64,000 nt of DNA from Balanoglossus misakiensis. Its lineage: Eukaryota; Animalia; Hemichordata. Where the stretch lies: NCBI GenBank assembly GCA_040954595.2, contig CM082580.2:2222783-2286782 (forward strand). The letters run 5' to 3'. The notes under the pieces are model-generated. The model was not told the DNA's origin. It saw nothing but the letters and a program-made list of their open reading frames with translations, and did not search any database. Both the position numbers and the translations under genes were made by a program. This document shows, piece after piece, positions 1-14,452 of the stretch. Every line of letters starts with the position of its first letter. Positions within the stretch are counted from its first letter, which is position 1.

Positions 1-767
1 AACAGCAGTCAAGATAAAGCTGTTAAATGTAGTCCACGAAGGCAGTTACACCCATCTGATGATTTTTTTAACCCTTGTTAAACTAAAACAAGGCAGTGCT
101 AATGAGGATCTAGCAGAGAGATTTGGACTGAGTGACTCCACTGTATCTCGAATTTGGCTTACTTACCTGAAACTCATGAGACAGATCCTAGAAAAATTGG
201 TTGAGTTCTCGAAAAAAAATACATGGTAGAGAGTTTCAAACAACTATATAGTGCTGTTGTGACAGTTTTAGACTGTACAGAGTTTGAACTAGAAAGGGCG
301 TCAGATTTTGAAGTACAGGCTGCATTGTACTCAGACTACAAAAGTAGATGCACTGCAAAAGCATTGGTGGGATTATCTCCATCTGGGGTCCCCAACTTTA
401 TCTCAGACCTCATGGAAGGCAGTATCAGCGACAACTCCACCACCATGAGAAGTGGTATTTTAGAAAAAACTAAAAAAAGGGGATGCCATCATGGCAGACA
501 AGGGCTGGACTAATAAAAATAGTCACAACATGGCATCCGCCTAGTAACACCACACTTCTTACGAAATAAAACACAATTTGAGATTCCAGAACTCGTGGAA
601 TCAGTTTCCATCGCGAGAGTCAGAATACACGTTGAATGATGTATTGGTAGAATAAAGCAGTGGAAAATACTCGGTCGCAGGTTATCACTCATAGAGTGGA
701 ATGCGCTAAACGACATCTGGAAAGTGTGTGCTCATTTAATTCTTTTTTGGCCCCCAATCATGGACTA
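1..767 (+). pseudogene. ISL2EU/PIF-Harbinger DDE transposase remnant (HTH + DDE_Tnp_4-like), frameshifted, 5' end outside window
   Basis: Joined frames read LVKLKQGSANEDLAERFGLSDSTVSRIW (HTH), VLDCTE, YSDYKSRCTAKALVGLSPSG, GDAIMADKGW and IARVRIHVE*CIGRIKQWKIL. Frameshifts and a stop are present. Confidence 0.85.
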
Positions 768-2419
768 AACAAACAAATTATGAACAGAAATTCTTACCCA
801 TCTGTAATTTTTAGCAATATATATGTATTATTTGAGATCATGATTCCTGCGACTGAGTATTTAGGCACTGCTTTATTCTACCAATAAGTCTCACCACATT
901 GATGTAGTGTTCTTGGATTTGCAAAAAGTCCATGGAAAGTCAAGTCTTTGTATTATTTCATTGTCCTCTCTAGAAATGTAAGGGTTAAATAAAAAGTGGT
1001 GCCACAACAGTGCATTTTGTACCTTGACTTAATCCTTTTTTCACTGTTGTCATACTAGCAGCAGTAACCACAATAAGAAACAAATAAGAAATGTTATGAT
1101 TTTTCATCCTTATTTATTTAATCATAGTAAGACAGTACATGTAATTCAGCTTACATGCAAAACTTTTATTTCTATTCAAAATAAATAACAATATACATAC
1201 TTACAAATCTGTCTCTGCATTTTTAATTTTGTGTATGTTTCAAGTTCATTCCCCCCAACTGTCCTTGGTAGAGCATAATCATGTTAAGTCGTGTCAGAAA
1301 TATTGTGAGGTTCAATCCAACCTACCTACCCTATTTTGAAATTGCCATTATCGGAACCACACAATTAACACAGATTTGTTTGTTTTAGCCATGCGCCCCA
1401 CTGCCTTGTGGGTAATGAGTCAGTGATTATACAGAAGTTAGCAGTCTTGGGACCCATGGCAAAAACAAACAAATCTGTACAACTTTCAATGTTCAATTTC
1501 TCGCTTATCACGCACAGTGTAAGAGATACAGAACTAAGAAAGGACACTACAAGGAGTTAAGTTTATGAAAATATACGTATTTTGTGGCTATTTGTTCCCC
1601 TTTAATCATGCAGTTATCAAGTCATTTCAATAATATGTACAACACATGACTTTACACTTTATCCATAGACAATATCCCTCTATACTCTATGCTTTATCTA
1701 AACTAAACATGACAGCTGCAAGTACTAGTACATTATCATGGGAGTGAAACCATTTCTGAAATCAACATCAGTTACAGTATTGTGAAATCTGCAGTAGACA
1801 TGCCTGGAATTCGGAAACAGAAATGAGCGAAATCAAAATGTCACTTAATGCATCATACATTTCATACACTTGAGCTTTGAAATACAATTTGATATCATAA
1901 TCAACCACATCACAGGCCACTTTTTTGCGGACTTTAATTATACAAAGGCCCTATGATAGTCGAGGACAGCACTACCAGCCAATCAGATTACCCGTAACAT
2001 AGTAATAGTTCGGCAGTTATCACGGCTGTATGGACCGATAACTGACGACAGAACTTTTATCTGCTGTTCAACAGTATCAGTGTATAATGTTCTATAGTTT
2101 GAGGACAAATTGTCTTGACAAAGTCGACATTTCCCAAACTCTGTTTCACACTGCGCTACTCTAGCTCTGATTGTGGCAGCAGATATGATCAGGGTTCAGG
2201 TGAACGCAAGTACAACGTGAACTATAAGAGGCCGGTGCTCATTGGTCAGATAGACTTAGCGTAAAGCTCATGAATAATTCATTTCCACACTAGCAGATAT
2301 GCTGATATAGTCCCTGTTACGCCAGAGTATTTTTTTGCGAGAGCAGGAGCAGGAAAAATGGTTTGGCTTGCAAGAATGAATCAACAAAGCTGTCTATTTT
2401 TTGTATATTGAAGCCAAGT

Positions 2420-3995
2420 TCACTTTTGGTTACCAAAGCGTTCTGCAATCAAAGCAGGTAGAATCCAATCTTCATGAACATTAAGTAGTTTGCTTTGAAC
2501 TGTTTTCCAGAAGTCACAGTCAAATTGAATCTTGATCCTACTCACAGGAAAGTCAACATGGGTGAATATTACAAGATAAGCAACAGTGTAGCCAGTCATT
2601 GCCATTTCCATTTGGACTTGATAATACCATTTGTGGTGTTCCTTGATGGAGATTGAATTGTTTACGATTCTGAAAGCAAAGGAACCCTCTTTGTCTTTCT
2701 TTTCTACAGCCTCCAATGGTGTGTAGGCTCTACTAGCAGACAGACACTTTACTTCTACTACAGCTGTCTCACCATCAATCACACCCACTCTATCAGGAGA
2801 TGCTGCTAACTGACCATGTTCTTTTGAAATAAAGTCCACATTTTCTAAGTGAAGATGATTTTCCTGTCGCACTCAACTGCTGCTCAAACTTTGTTACTGC
2901 AATGTCTTCATGATCATTGCCATATTGAATGTGTACAGACTTTGGTCGCTGGTAAGGTTTTCCAACTGTCAAACAACGTTTAACTTTATTTATGGGATTT
3001 CCAAAACCACAATATTCTTTACAATTATTTCCGGTAATTCTACCTTTATGTGTACGCCACCACACGATATTGTTTTGTTGTCCTACAGATTCTTGTTCTG
3101 TCTTAAGACAGTCTTCAGGTGACAGTTTAAGTTCTTCCCGTATAATTTCCTCCGGTGTTTTTGTATATTCTTTTTCTTCCTCTTCACTTTCTTTGGATGA
3201 TGTTTCTAGTATTTGGTGAAGACAGGTGGGGTGACCATTAGTGGTCAGGCCAGACTTGAATCTGTTAAGGTTAAGACTTGTTTCAATTTGATCATCAGAG
3301 ATTACTTGATAATTGTTATATCCATCCAGAGGTGATTTTGATTTTTTTTTCTTCCAAATACATGTTTTTTAACTTTTCTTTCACCAATTTTAGTAGGTTG
3401 AGTCTCTCTCTTCTTCTTTCTAGACGGGAGGTGCCACTTTTAGGGTTGTCCAGTACATGATGCAGTTTTCTCATTGTCAATGTAATCAAATACAGCAAAC
3501 AAACTGGCAGCAACATGGTTGCATTTACCACCTTTCCCAGCAACACACTCACAGTGTCCTTTAAGAATTATCCCTGTATTGCCAAATACAATTTTGGTAA
3601 TGTAAGATCTGTCTTTCATACTAGCTTGAACACAAGTCCATAGATGAAAGAAATCTCCCGTTTTATTACTTTTTATTTCCTTCACGTGACCTGAACTGTA
3701 AAAGTTATATCCCTTTTTCAGTGGCTTCTCAGCAATGGGGAGTTCATATGAACTTTCAGCTTCTGAATCAGGAGAAGGGAGGATGACAGCCTTCCTCTTC
3801 ACAAGGTATTCATAGACATGAGTATAGTTCAAGTTCATTGGTACATTTCGAAGATCGCTGTTCCAGTTTGCAACTTGTGGTAAGGGAATATCCGCTGTCA
3901 CTGAATCCACATAGTCTTGGACAATAGCATAAGCTAAACTTCCATCAGGATCTATGACGAACTTGTCAAGATCAGCATCTTTTATATCTGTTACC
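2420..3995 (-). pseudogene. SWIM zinc finger + YqaJ/lambda-exonuclease-like nuclease, second gene of the ISL2EU transposon, frameshifted
   Basis: CECVAGKGGKCNHVAA (SWIM), then WWRTHKGRITG, YGNDHE, LAASPD, EVKC and YYQVQ (YqaJ PD-(D/E)xK motifs) across ORFs 3440-3910, 2793-3065 and 2420-2872. Convergent with the transposase, as in ISL2EU elements. Confidence 0.85.
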
Positions 3996-4411
3996 CTGGA
4001 AAGATCCTACAACTGAAACAGAACTCCGTGCATTCTTGGGTCTGGCTGGATATTATAGACGCTTTGTTCGTGACTTTTCGAAGATTGCGGCGCCCCTGCA
4101 TTCTCTTTTGGCGGACGTACTTGTACTGGCCAACTTTGGTGAAAGATGTAAATAACTGGTGCAAGAAATGTGAAAGATGTTTACTAGCCAAACAGCCCTA
4201 TCCGAAGGTCAAACCTCTGATGGGTACGATACGTGCATCTCAGCCATTTGATATTGTGGCAATGGACTTTACAGTATTGGAACCATCAACAGATGGAAGA
4301 GAGAATGTTCTCGTCATAACAGATGTATTCAGCACATTTACACAGGCCACCCCAACCAAGGACCAGCGGGCCCGTACTGTTGCCAAAGTATTAGTGAAGG
4401 AGTGGTTTGTT

Positions 4412-5845
4412 AGGTCCCATTGGTATAGGCATATATACCATGGGATATTATGGGATCAGTTGCGTCTGTATGTATGTATTTATGGATGGATGTATGTCTG
4501 TATGTCCGTCCACATGAAAACCTTGAAAACCGCTGCGCGTATGACCTTGATATTTGGTGTGTAGATGAAGGCAGGGCTGTAGATCAAATGAAAGTTGTCA
4601 TTGCCAAAAATATGCAAATTAGCTGGGAAAATGTGAAATTGGTCAAAACTCAAAAACTCAACAACCACTGGTCATATTGATTTGAAAATTGGTATGCATG
4701 TAACTTATGTCAACCTCATACAGTCCAGTATGTTTTGAGCTAATATTATTGATTTCCTATTTTTTATGCATTTTTTGTATTTTACCATGTTATTGGTAAA
4801 AAGTCTTCATTTCTGAAAGTGATGGGCTTACTTCTTTGAAATTTAGTATGAAGCTTCCTAATGGTTCTCTGAGTAACCATAGTTTTGTTCAAATTGTTGC
4901 AAAATTTGCATATTTATACTTTTGAGCAATATTTGCCATTTTTGGTCACAATTTTTTTTCTTTAAAACCGCATGCCAGATTGCTTTGCAATTTGGTAGGC
5001 ATGTTCGTAGGGGTAACCTAAGTAATATGTTGTAAAAAATGTGATATTTTCATAAATGTGTTATTGGAAAACTTTTGCAATTGTTGTCAAAAATTGTTTT
5101 CTCTGAAACCGCTTGTCATACTGCATTGAACTTGGCAGCATGTTCCTTGTAGTGATTGAAGTAAGATATTGTACAATTTTGGTGATATTTGCATATTTGT
5201 GTTTTTGCCACTTTTGAACAAATATTTTCTGTGAAACTGCTCGTTGGATTGCTTTGAAATGTTTTTTCTCTGATTGCTTTGAAATTTAGGATATAATTTC
5301 ATAACACATATATATATATGTGCAACTTTTAATCAATTCTGATATCAGAAATATTCAATATTTAGTGAGTTTTTTCGTAAGTTTCTTTGTTTTTGGTTAG
5401 CAAATCTTCTCCTAAACCAATTGTCCAGTTGTTTTGAAAGTTACTGTTTAACAGGAGTTGTTACCCCCAACTTAGACATGTTTACATAACTTTAATAGGC
5501 CAGCTGTTACAGAGACCACCTGCTATTAAATTTTTAATTACCAGTGGCAGGTCAGTGTGTGTGTGTGTGTCTGTCTGTCTGTCTGTTCCAGGGCTGACTG
5601 AAAGAAGTTGCTTCTCATATGTGTTTGTACACACAATTTTTGGTCATTTTTTTTCTAGCACCACTTGTAACACTGCCATGACACATGACAGTTTATTGGG
5701 CATGTTCCTTGCTAATTTTTTTACATTCAATATTTCTATATCGTAAGGTCATATCTGCTTGCAATGTCACCTGTAATGTTTATTCTGGTGTGTCACTGTT
5801 TCTGCATAATCCCCAAATGGGACCACAGTGTCCTTGACGCTATTT
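4412..5845 (+). mobile_element. Helentron-associated non-autonomous element (HINE/DINE-like) inserted in the Gypsy integrase
   Basis: Integrase reading resumes right after the insert. Subterminal IR ggtcccatt...aatgggacc, internal (TGTA)/(GTCT) microsatellites, 3' hairpin agtgtc-ctt-gacgct, T-rich insertion site, no distinct TSD. Confidence 0.7.
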
Positions 5846-6746
5846 TTCGATACGGAATTCCTCGCAGATTGCACAGTGACCAGGGGCGCAACTTCGAAAG
5901 TGATATCATACAAGAACTCTGTAAAATGTATGGCATTTAATTGAGAAGTCACGCACAACTCCTTATCATCCTGAAGGAAATGCCCATATGCGAACGTTTT
6001 AATCATAGCATGCATGATCATTTACGTACCCTTGGTGATGACAAGAAAAGAAAATGGACAGAATATTTATCTGAACTGGTTTATATGTACAATGCAACTC
6101 CTCATTCATCCACAGGACTGTCTCCGCATTTCATTCTATTTGGACAAGACCCAAGATTGCCAATTGACTATGTACTCCAAGGTGATGCGTCCTCCCATGA
6201 AGAAGACGAAGTGGATGACTGGGTCAATGGTCACAGAGAAAAAACTCAGAGACACCTATGCAAAGGCCACAGCCAATATGAAGCAACGAACAGAGGCACG
6301 ACAGGAGCGATATAACAGATGTGCAAAAGAAGCATCTATTCCAATCCGTGGGAGAGTATTTCTCAGAAACCGCAAAGTCAGAGGGAGAAATAAAATTGAG
6401 GATTTTTGGAATCATCTGCCCTATAAAGTGGTGTAAGGGTAATGTGTATACTGTAATGCCTGTTGATGGAATGGGAAAATCCAAAACTGTACATAGGAAT
6501 GAACTGCTCGACACAGGACAAGTCGTGGGTGAATATGTGATTAAACTACCAGAACCGGGAGAAACCATATCTGAAAATGAATTCGAACCAGAATCCGACT
6601 CTAGTAGTGATGATGATGTCCAATCGTATGTTTTTCATCTACCTCCTTGCAGTCGTCATGGTGATAGAGAATTTGTGGTACGTCCGGAAGTACCTATAAA
6701 TGTTTTTCGTGTGTGTTCGAGAGGACACACACAGAGCAGGGAAGAA

Positions 6747-7372
6747 TGTGACAAATGAAATTAATTTTTTTTGGGGGGGGGATGTTTTGTTTTGTTTCAA
6801 TTGAGCCCTTTTCAATGACATTTTATTGATCGGTTATTGATCCTACATGTTCTGCGCATGATAATTTACATATACATCCCAGCCACCCTCAAATTTATGC
6901 CACGCGGTTCTTCATTTCATTTCGTTACGCACAACCGTGCGGTTCCGTGGTGGCTGTGATATGGTCCGTAGACGATGGTGATTTTGGAGGCCTACTTCTC
7001 TCCGTTAACCTACAAAGTGGTGGGGTGAGTTTCCCTATTAATGTTCTACCAGCATTTGTAAATTTTCGTAAGCCCGAACTTGAAATTTAATACCGTACAA
7101 ACTCGGCTAAATGCATAAACTCCTTGAACTCGTTGTTGATGCGGACAGAATACGACAATTACATTTTTTCATGAACGAATGGTTTAGTGTTGTATTTCAA
7201 TTATTTTCTGTAATTTTGTTTGTGCGACAGGGTTACTTTTTATGTCCCCATGCGTGTCTATATTTTGGAATAAATCTTGGTTGCATACTGGAATATTGAG
7301 TGCTGTGCGTTCCTTGGTCCGGGAGTGACGTGTGAAATGAGCGACCCACATTGGAGTGAACCCTTGGTCACA
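6747..7372 (+). repeat. 3' LTR of the Gypsy element
   Basis: Purine tract agagcagggaagaa directly before TGTGAC; ends GTCACA (terminal inverted repeat); internal AATAAA near 7269. Confidence 0.75.
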
Positions 7373-8657
7373 ATAGCATGCTCTTAAATACAGGTATAAT
7401 CAATGCAAATCACATACGTGTACACACAAAAGTATTCACGCTGTGTCAACCATATAGGGCAAAAAGTATATCGAGTTCACAAGTACGGTGTAACCTCCGG
7501 TAGAATGGTGCAAAAGGCCTCCAATAGTTGTCTTTCCAATTATCAGTGGCGTTTTGTTTGTCACCAGATTCCTTTAACTGGCCTGCTTTCGGCATTCAAG
7601 ACGACAGACAGCGACAAACCAGACACAACTTATTATTGGAGTGAATAGTCTAGGTTTAATTACTTGTTCTTACATTGCACGTATTTACCTGAATGCGCTA
7701 TTGCGAGTGTCCTTCGCTGGAGGCTAGCCCGGGCGCCAGCAGAAAAATCTTTGACGAACAGAGTTAACTCAAAAATGTGCAAATAATTATGTCAAAGAAG
7801 AAATTCTGCCAACAATATGACAATTCAAACAAACATTGACGATTTGCCTGTAACGATATACGACAGACGCAGAGAACCTAGCACACAAATATGTATGCAA
7901 GTCACGCACTGGTGCACCCACTATTGCCGGGCAAGGACCTTTCTGAAACAATACAGTCCTGCTGGCCTAACGTTGTGGACAGAATGTAAATTTCTATAGT
8001 GTTACACGTTTCAGTGTGCGTTTCACAGGCTGACTTGAAAAATAATTAATGAATTTTATTGGGTTATCTGTATTGTGTGTGTTTTCAGATATTATGTATA
8101 GAAAAACGGTGTGTACCGTGTGTTTTCAAATATTATATACAAACGGTGTGTACCAATATAGATGGCGACATCCAATCACATTGATAGAGCTCAAAATGCT
8201 GGATAGAGACCCCGCCTATGGGCCTATATCTAACTTCGTAAAGTTCATTCAACCACTCGTCCTGGATTCAGGTCTAACTTCGTAACTGAGAAAGTACACA
8301 ACGTCATCCATGCAGGTGCCCGCGCACTTCCAGCCAACATTCAGCACAATTGGAGAAGCATTAGCTTTTGGGTTGCCCTAGTTACTGTAGAGCGAATATA
8401 TTGGAAGCCAAACCACAGACGTATTAGCGTGCGCATCACGTACAGGCCATATATTACGGCTGCGAATCTCAGTCATGTGGCAAGGAAGGCTCGATTGTAA
8501 TGCTAATGAATGGGCATCGTTTCAGCATACAAGAATAGTACCCACACTCCTTAAATACCTGTCTTTCATTGAACCAGTATAAGCCTCGACCCCACTTTGT
8601 TGAATAAGAACGTGTATTTCACAAGGGTATATTCGCTCTCTGTTTAAGTCATTCACA

Positions 8658-11600
8658 ATGGCAGTCCGCGAAGCAGTCAACACGTACGACTATGTCGTTG
8701 TTGGTGCGGGCAGCGCAGGCTGTGTTCTAGCAAATCGTCTGACTGAAAATGAGAACGTTAGTGTTCTTCTACTTGAAGCTGGTCCCGAAGATACTAGACC
8801 AGAAATCCACGACCCTGCTAGCATGCCATCAACTGTGATGTCTGACATCGATTGGCAATACCAGGTAAAATTCTTGTATTTAACTCGATTTGCATGCAGG
8901 CACTATTTTATCTGAAATTGGTTACCAAAACAACTAATGTCCAGTGTTTTGTGCCGGTCAAGGAAAGGTTTAACCTTTTCTATAAGGACTGTTGGAGTAA
9001 TCTGGGGCGAAGCGTACTAAAAGGGTCAATTTTTCAGGTGACACACCTCAGCGAACGCGCACCTCCCGAAAATCGCATGACCTCTTGCTTCTATAGTTTG
9101 TCCGTGGGTTTGGCTAACGAGGACTTGCTTATTTACTATAAGTATTTGAAATAGTTTTGGTTCTGACTGATGTTACAGTATATCCAGATTACCTGTTTCA
9201 TAACACGTTTTCTGATATTATGTTGATCTCAGGTTAATGTACATGTACGTGAAATGACCATGCTGCATATACGTCGTGAGTCTTATGATGTGCACTTATA
9301 TTTCAGATAGCTCCTCAGAAACATGGTTGTTTTGCATTTAAAGATCGCCGCGTCACCTGGGCAAGAGGAAGGGTGAGTCTACAATAATATTTTACCAGGT
9401 ATATATTCTAGATAAAAGTCTAAAAATATAATTTTATGAGCGTGTCTAAATTAAAAGCATCTCATTTTGGTTACTGTTTGGTGGAGGCACAAAAGCTGCC
9501 CTGAAAAAGAAGAATGTTGGTTCGTTTCTTGTTGAGTCCGAGTCCATCCACCCGGTGACACTATTTTCAGACCCAGTTTTGATTTATAGATGGGTAAGTA
9601 CCTTGCTAGAGTTTGTTTCCAAATTATAGGGTTAATTAACTATTGCATATTCAAAGTTTTGCAAGCGGTCTACGTTAATTTACTGTTTAGTTTTGCCCAC
9701 AGTCTGGAAAGCTTCTCTTATATAACAGAAGATGACAAATACATATAATTTACTGAGTGGCGCGACCTGTGAGCCCTAAAATCATGCAACATCTTATTAC
9801 AGGTTCTTGGCGGTACAAGCAGCATTAATTGCATGATGTATGTGAGGGGCTGCAAAGAAGACTTCGATTCCTGGGCAAGGCTGGGAGCTAAAGGATGGAG
9901 CTACGATGAAGTGCTTCCGTACTTTTTGAAGTCAGAAAACAATACCAAGTAAGTGAGCGAGCGGGCGAGCGAGCGAGTCAGTTACTGACGATTATATGAA
10001 AATATACATAACGAAGAAGTCACTTGTGCAATACTGCACCTTCACCATACATACACTCGAAAAACAAAAATGGCTTCATTTTCCCCCTTTTCCAAAGTGA
10101 GGCTGTCCCCTCCCGATGCTTCTGAGTGGGGGCGCCAAAAACATAAGTTCTGTCTGTCTCAAAACATGTTATGCATTTATGCGTTAGATTTGATTTCGAA
10201 TAAGAATCAGAGATACTCCCTATACAATTACACCTAGCACTGTTGTTAATCTTCTTTTAATATCAACTACGTTCCCGATTTTACTTTCTCTTTTTCTCTC
10301 AGTGAGGCATATGCTGAGCGTGACTACCATTCTCAGGGAGGCTATCTAACTGTATCTGACCTTTCGTCTACGTCCAAAACCGGCAAGCTACTCATGGAAG
10401 GAGGTATACCGACACACTTCCGTATATAAATTGATACTCCGCGAACACATTGGTTGCTGCAAAAAGCTGTGTATATTTCAACAAGACAGACTTATTTTCA
10501 TGTACCACATTTTTCATTTAGATCACTTTAATGACGTTTCGCTGGTGTACCGCAAAACGTATTAATCACCTCTCTATTTTATTCGCTCCTAGCCAAGGAA
10601 CTTGGTTACAAGACAACTGACCTCAACAACTGTGTTGATCCGGTAAGAAAACCAAAGATTAATGTGTATAACGGTTTTGAAAATACCCTGTAGTAATAAT
10701 TGTGGATAAGGTAGAATTAATATTTAATCCGTTCGTATAGGTTGGTTTCGACATCCCTCAGGCGACTATGAACGATGGCAAGCGAAGCAGTACTGCCGTT
10801 GCTTTTCTGAACCCTGTAAAGAAAAGAACAAATTTAACAATCTGGACGGAGACTCTGGCAACTAAGGTAAGATTAAGTTTTCATCACAGTTATCTCAAAC
10901 CGTCCTGCAAAGTTTGCTCATAACGTTTACATTTGATTGGATGATCTGATTTTGGGGGACTAGACTTAGAACTCAAATATTGCCAGCTGCCCGTGTACAA
11001 GCAGACAGTTAATTGCAAGGTTTCGATATTATTCAAGCATGGATGTACAAATGGCTTACATTTCAGATGTTATCGTTATCACAATTTATCAGAATTATCG
11101 TAAACCACCGTGAAAACTTTGCCAACACTCCTTGAGGTATTCACGCAAGGTTACTATATATTAATGATCTGAAATTTGTGAGCTGGAATGAGAGCACTGT
11201 GGACGGTCAACATCAGATGCACAAATGAGAAAGATTAGATATTATTCACGCATGGATGTACAATCCATGTACATTTACATGACTTACATTTCAGATCTTA
11301 TTCGGCGGTAAAAGAGCAACATCTGTGGAAATCCTAAAAGAAGGCAAGAGTGGTACAGTGAACGTGCGCAAGGAAGTCATTCTGTCATCTGGAGCCATCG
11401 CATCTCCCCAGGTACATGTATATGATATTGAAATACCTATACAGCATGATATCTTAACTCGTTCATAGTTATCTGGTTTGAGTGTTATATTTGGTATGCA
11501 TAACTGTTCCATTATTTCAGCCAACGGCACAGACATATGGCCAGACAAACACAAACATACACACATGCATAAAGACATACAAAAAGCAAATAGACAGAGA

Positions 11601-14452
11601 GAAATGCCGAAATCAAAAATATTCATGTATCATGTTCAAAACCTTTCTCATGGCCAGGCAATAGGTGTTTAGTATAGGTACATAACGTAGTCAGCCTTCC
11701 TTTTTTTTTCTCAGCTGCTCATGCTGTCGGGTGTGGGGCCTCGAGATCACCTCCAGGCTTTAGGAATACCAGTGGTGTGCGATCTTCCAGTTGGAGAGAA
11801 TTTACAGGTAAAATTATATAAGTGTCGCTATGCTTTCCTGTCTTGGCGTGCTCGATGCAAATATTGGAAAGATAAAATTTATTAGATAGTCATGTGTGTG
11901 TATCTAAGTAATCTGACAACTTATGAAAGCCAAGTCAAGGGCACTGTTTTATTTCATTTGAACTGACATAATTCGCTTCCTATATTTGTAGTTCATTAGC
12001 ACATCACTTGCATGACCATATGTATATAACGCTTTCATTGTACATTCATATAGTCCAGCATAAAAGTATTATATTATGTAATCGCTACAGGATCATCTGA
12101 TTACATTCATCAAATACAAAGGTCATGCGGGTGGCATAGAAAGGGTATGTTTTGACCGACGCTTCCTCCTTTTTGTTCGGTTCCTGTATGGTGTCAGACC
12201 TGCAAAGTCACTTCATGGTCACGTGCGGGAAAACAGACTCGATGTTTGAAAATTCTGGGAATGACCATATATACGTAGATGGGCGTCCCAATGCCACAGA
12301 AAGCAGACTGGTGTATAGTTACGTCGTAATGCGCGGAGTTCCAAGACCACACATTGACCTTGTTATGGTTGCAATGAAAGAAACCGTTGCATATTATTAT
12401 CAATCATGAATATTTCGCTCAACTGTACATACATACATACATACATACATACATACATACATACATACATACATACATACATACATAATTACATACATAC
12501 ATACATACATACATGTAAATTAACACGTGCGCTTGCATAACAATCTCATTCTTTAAAATCAAATGCCAGGATTGGTTCACAAATGGCTTGGAAGTAAATG
12601 GATTTATCAAAACTTTGGTAAGACTTTAATAATTAGTTACTTAAGAAAAGCAACATCGTTCTGGTGTCTTCATTTCATATATATTCATTTTTGAGATACG
12701 TACTAGTAAATACTAATTGCAAAACACTTTGCAGAATCTTTTTTCTCGTCTACGGTCTGAACAGTTTGTGTAAGTTTTAACCAACATTGGAACCGGGCCA
12801 AACAATTATAACATAACCTGTATTAAAAAAAATTGACAGCCAGTCGACTCTTTTGTGATATGGGCACCATGTCGTTGAATTCCCATATATATCTTTCCCA
12901 TGATTTATGTCTTAATATAATGCAAATTCCCGTTCATTGGTATTTTCTATTGTTTATTTTTATCAACGAAACAGGAAGACCTTCCATGGCCAGACATCCA
13001 GTTGATCTTCGCGCCGTTTTATTATTTTTTGGGCAGTGGGGAGAAGACAAAGCTTAACATCAGCGAGGAGTGAATATTGATTGCAACACACCTATCTGAT
13101 GGAGTGATATGCTTAACCTACCTAATTATGCGCATACCTCATTCTAGTCTTACGAATATGGCTGGAAGTCTATTTTTGTTGGACATGAACTAATATGTGA
13201 TAATTGTTCTGTTGACATTTGACCTCATACAGCCTGGGCGTTTTTCCTTGGATATGGACCAAAAAGGGACCACACCTTTTTGACAAATGTTGGGTGAACA
13301 TTGACCAACTTTCCTATACTGATCTTGGCATCTATGAAGTATGTATGTATGTATGTATGTATGTATGTATGGTAATAGTTACATTGAAATCCAACATTAA
13401 TGAATCGAACTTTTCTATAAATTTCCTCTCCGACCAGATTCAGTGAAACCTTTGAACATGTAGACGATGCTGTAATGAATGCAACAGAAGGGATTATGTT
13501 CTTTCCGGCACTGCTTCACCCAAAGAGTGTTGGCGATCTGAAACTTGGAAGTAAAAACCCACTGGATCAACCCATTATTGATCCCCACTATCTCGAAGAT
13601 CCGGAAGACGTACAGACTATGATAAGGGTAAGACTTCACGATCAGTTGACCTGTTTAAATCCCCTTCAGATATGTTTGTTGAGACATTAGGAACAAATGT
13701 GGAATTTCTATTTACTTCATAGGGTGTTCGTGTTATTCAGAAGTTGATGACTACAGACGCGATGAAAGGTCACGGGTACGTATTCTTTGTAAAATATACC
13801 AGAACAGAGACATGGGGCAGGCAAGGTGCACGGAGAGGTGGGAGAGATGGAGGAAGGAAAGGGGGGGGGCATTCATTAAGTAATACAGATAGGATGTATT
13901 GCCACTGGGGTTATGCGGAATATTTTCTATCAACTTTTCCAAGTCAGTGAGATGAAGTGGACTTTTTGTATTGACTTGCTCATGACTTCCTCCTCTGTTG
14001 CAGGATCACTCCAACGTTATACAAGTTCGGCAATTGTCCCCATGAGATTGACAGCGATGAATACTGGGAACATGTCATTCGCCACCTCACTTGTGCTATG
14101 TGGCATGCTGTCGGGACTTGTAAAATGGGAGCGTCTGATGACCCCTCTGCGGTGGTTGACCCGAGCCTCAGGTAGTTATATTTGCATACTCATATTGTTA
14201 TCTCCAGACTGTCTTTTCCTATGAAGGGCTAACTCTATAGTGTCCAATATCGAGTCTCATGACTTAACGACTCTTAAAAGAGTTCATCCTCATCTCATGA
14301 TCACATCACTTTATATTTACAGAGTACGAGGACTGGACAACGTACGCGTGGCGGATGCCTCCATCATGCCACACCCACCATCCGGAAATACAAACGCCCC
14401 CTGCATTATGATCGGTGAAAAGGCTGCAGACATGATCAAGGAAAACGTATAA
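8658..14452 (+). CDS. GMC (glucose-methanol-choline) FAD oxidoreductase, 15 exons, about 547 aa, no signal peptide
   Basis: Exons 8658-8864, 9307-9372, 9803-9948, 10303-10403, 10593-10642, 10741-10866, 11295-11411, 11715-11807, 12091-12144, 12570-12617, 12975-13069, 13438-13627, 13723-13775, 14004-14171, 14323-14452. All GT-AG and phase-compatible (1644 nt). Motifs: [82 protein letters not shown]. Confidence 0.95.
12425..12513. repeat. (TACA)n microsatellite in a GMC intron
   Basis: Directly visible tandem repeat. Confidence 0.95.

Larger units (their letters stand above)
3996..7372 (+). mobile_element. Gypsy LTR retrotransposon 3' part (RT end, integrase, 3' LTR), internally deleted and interrupted
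   Basis: [30 protein letters not shown] (RT thumb), YWP...WCKKCERC, PFDIVAMDF, EWFV|[23 protein letters not shown] and YNATPHSSTGLSP (integrase). Confidence 0.9.

Noticed and set aside
2420-3910. YqaJ 'viral recombinase' as evidence of a prophage or horizontal transfer
   Set aside because: SWIM+YqaJ convergent with a Harbinger-type transposase is the known ISL2EU transposon layout.
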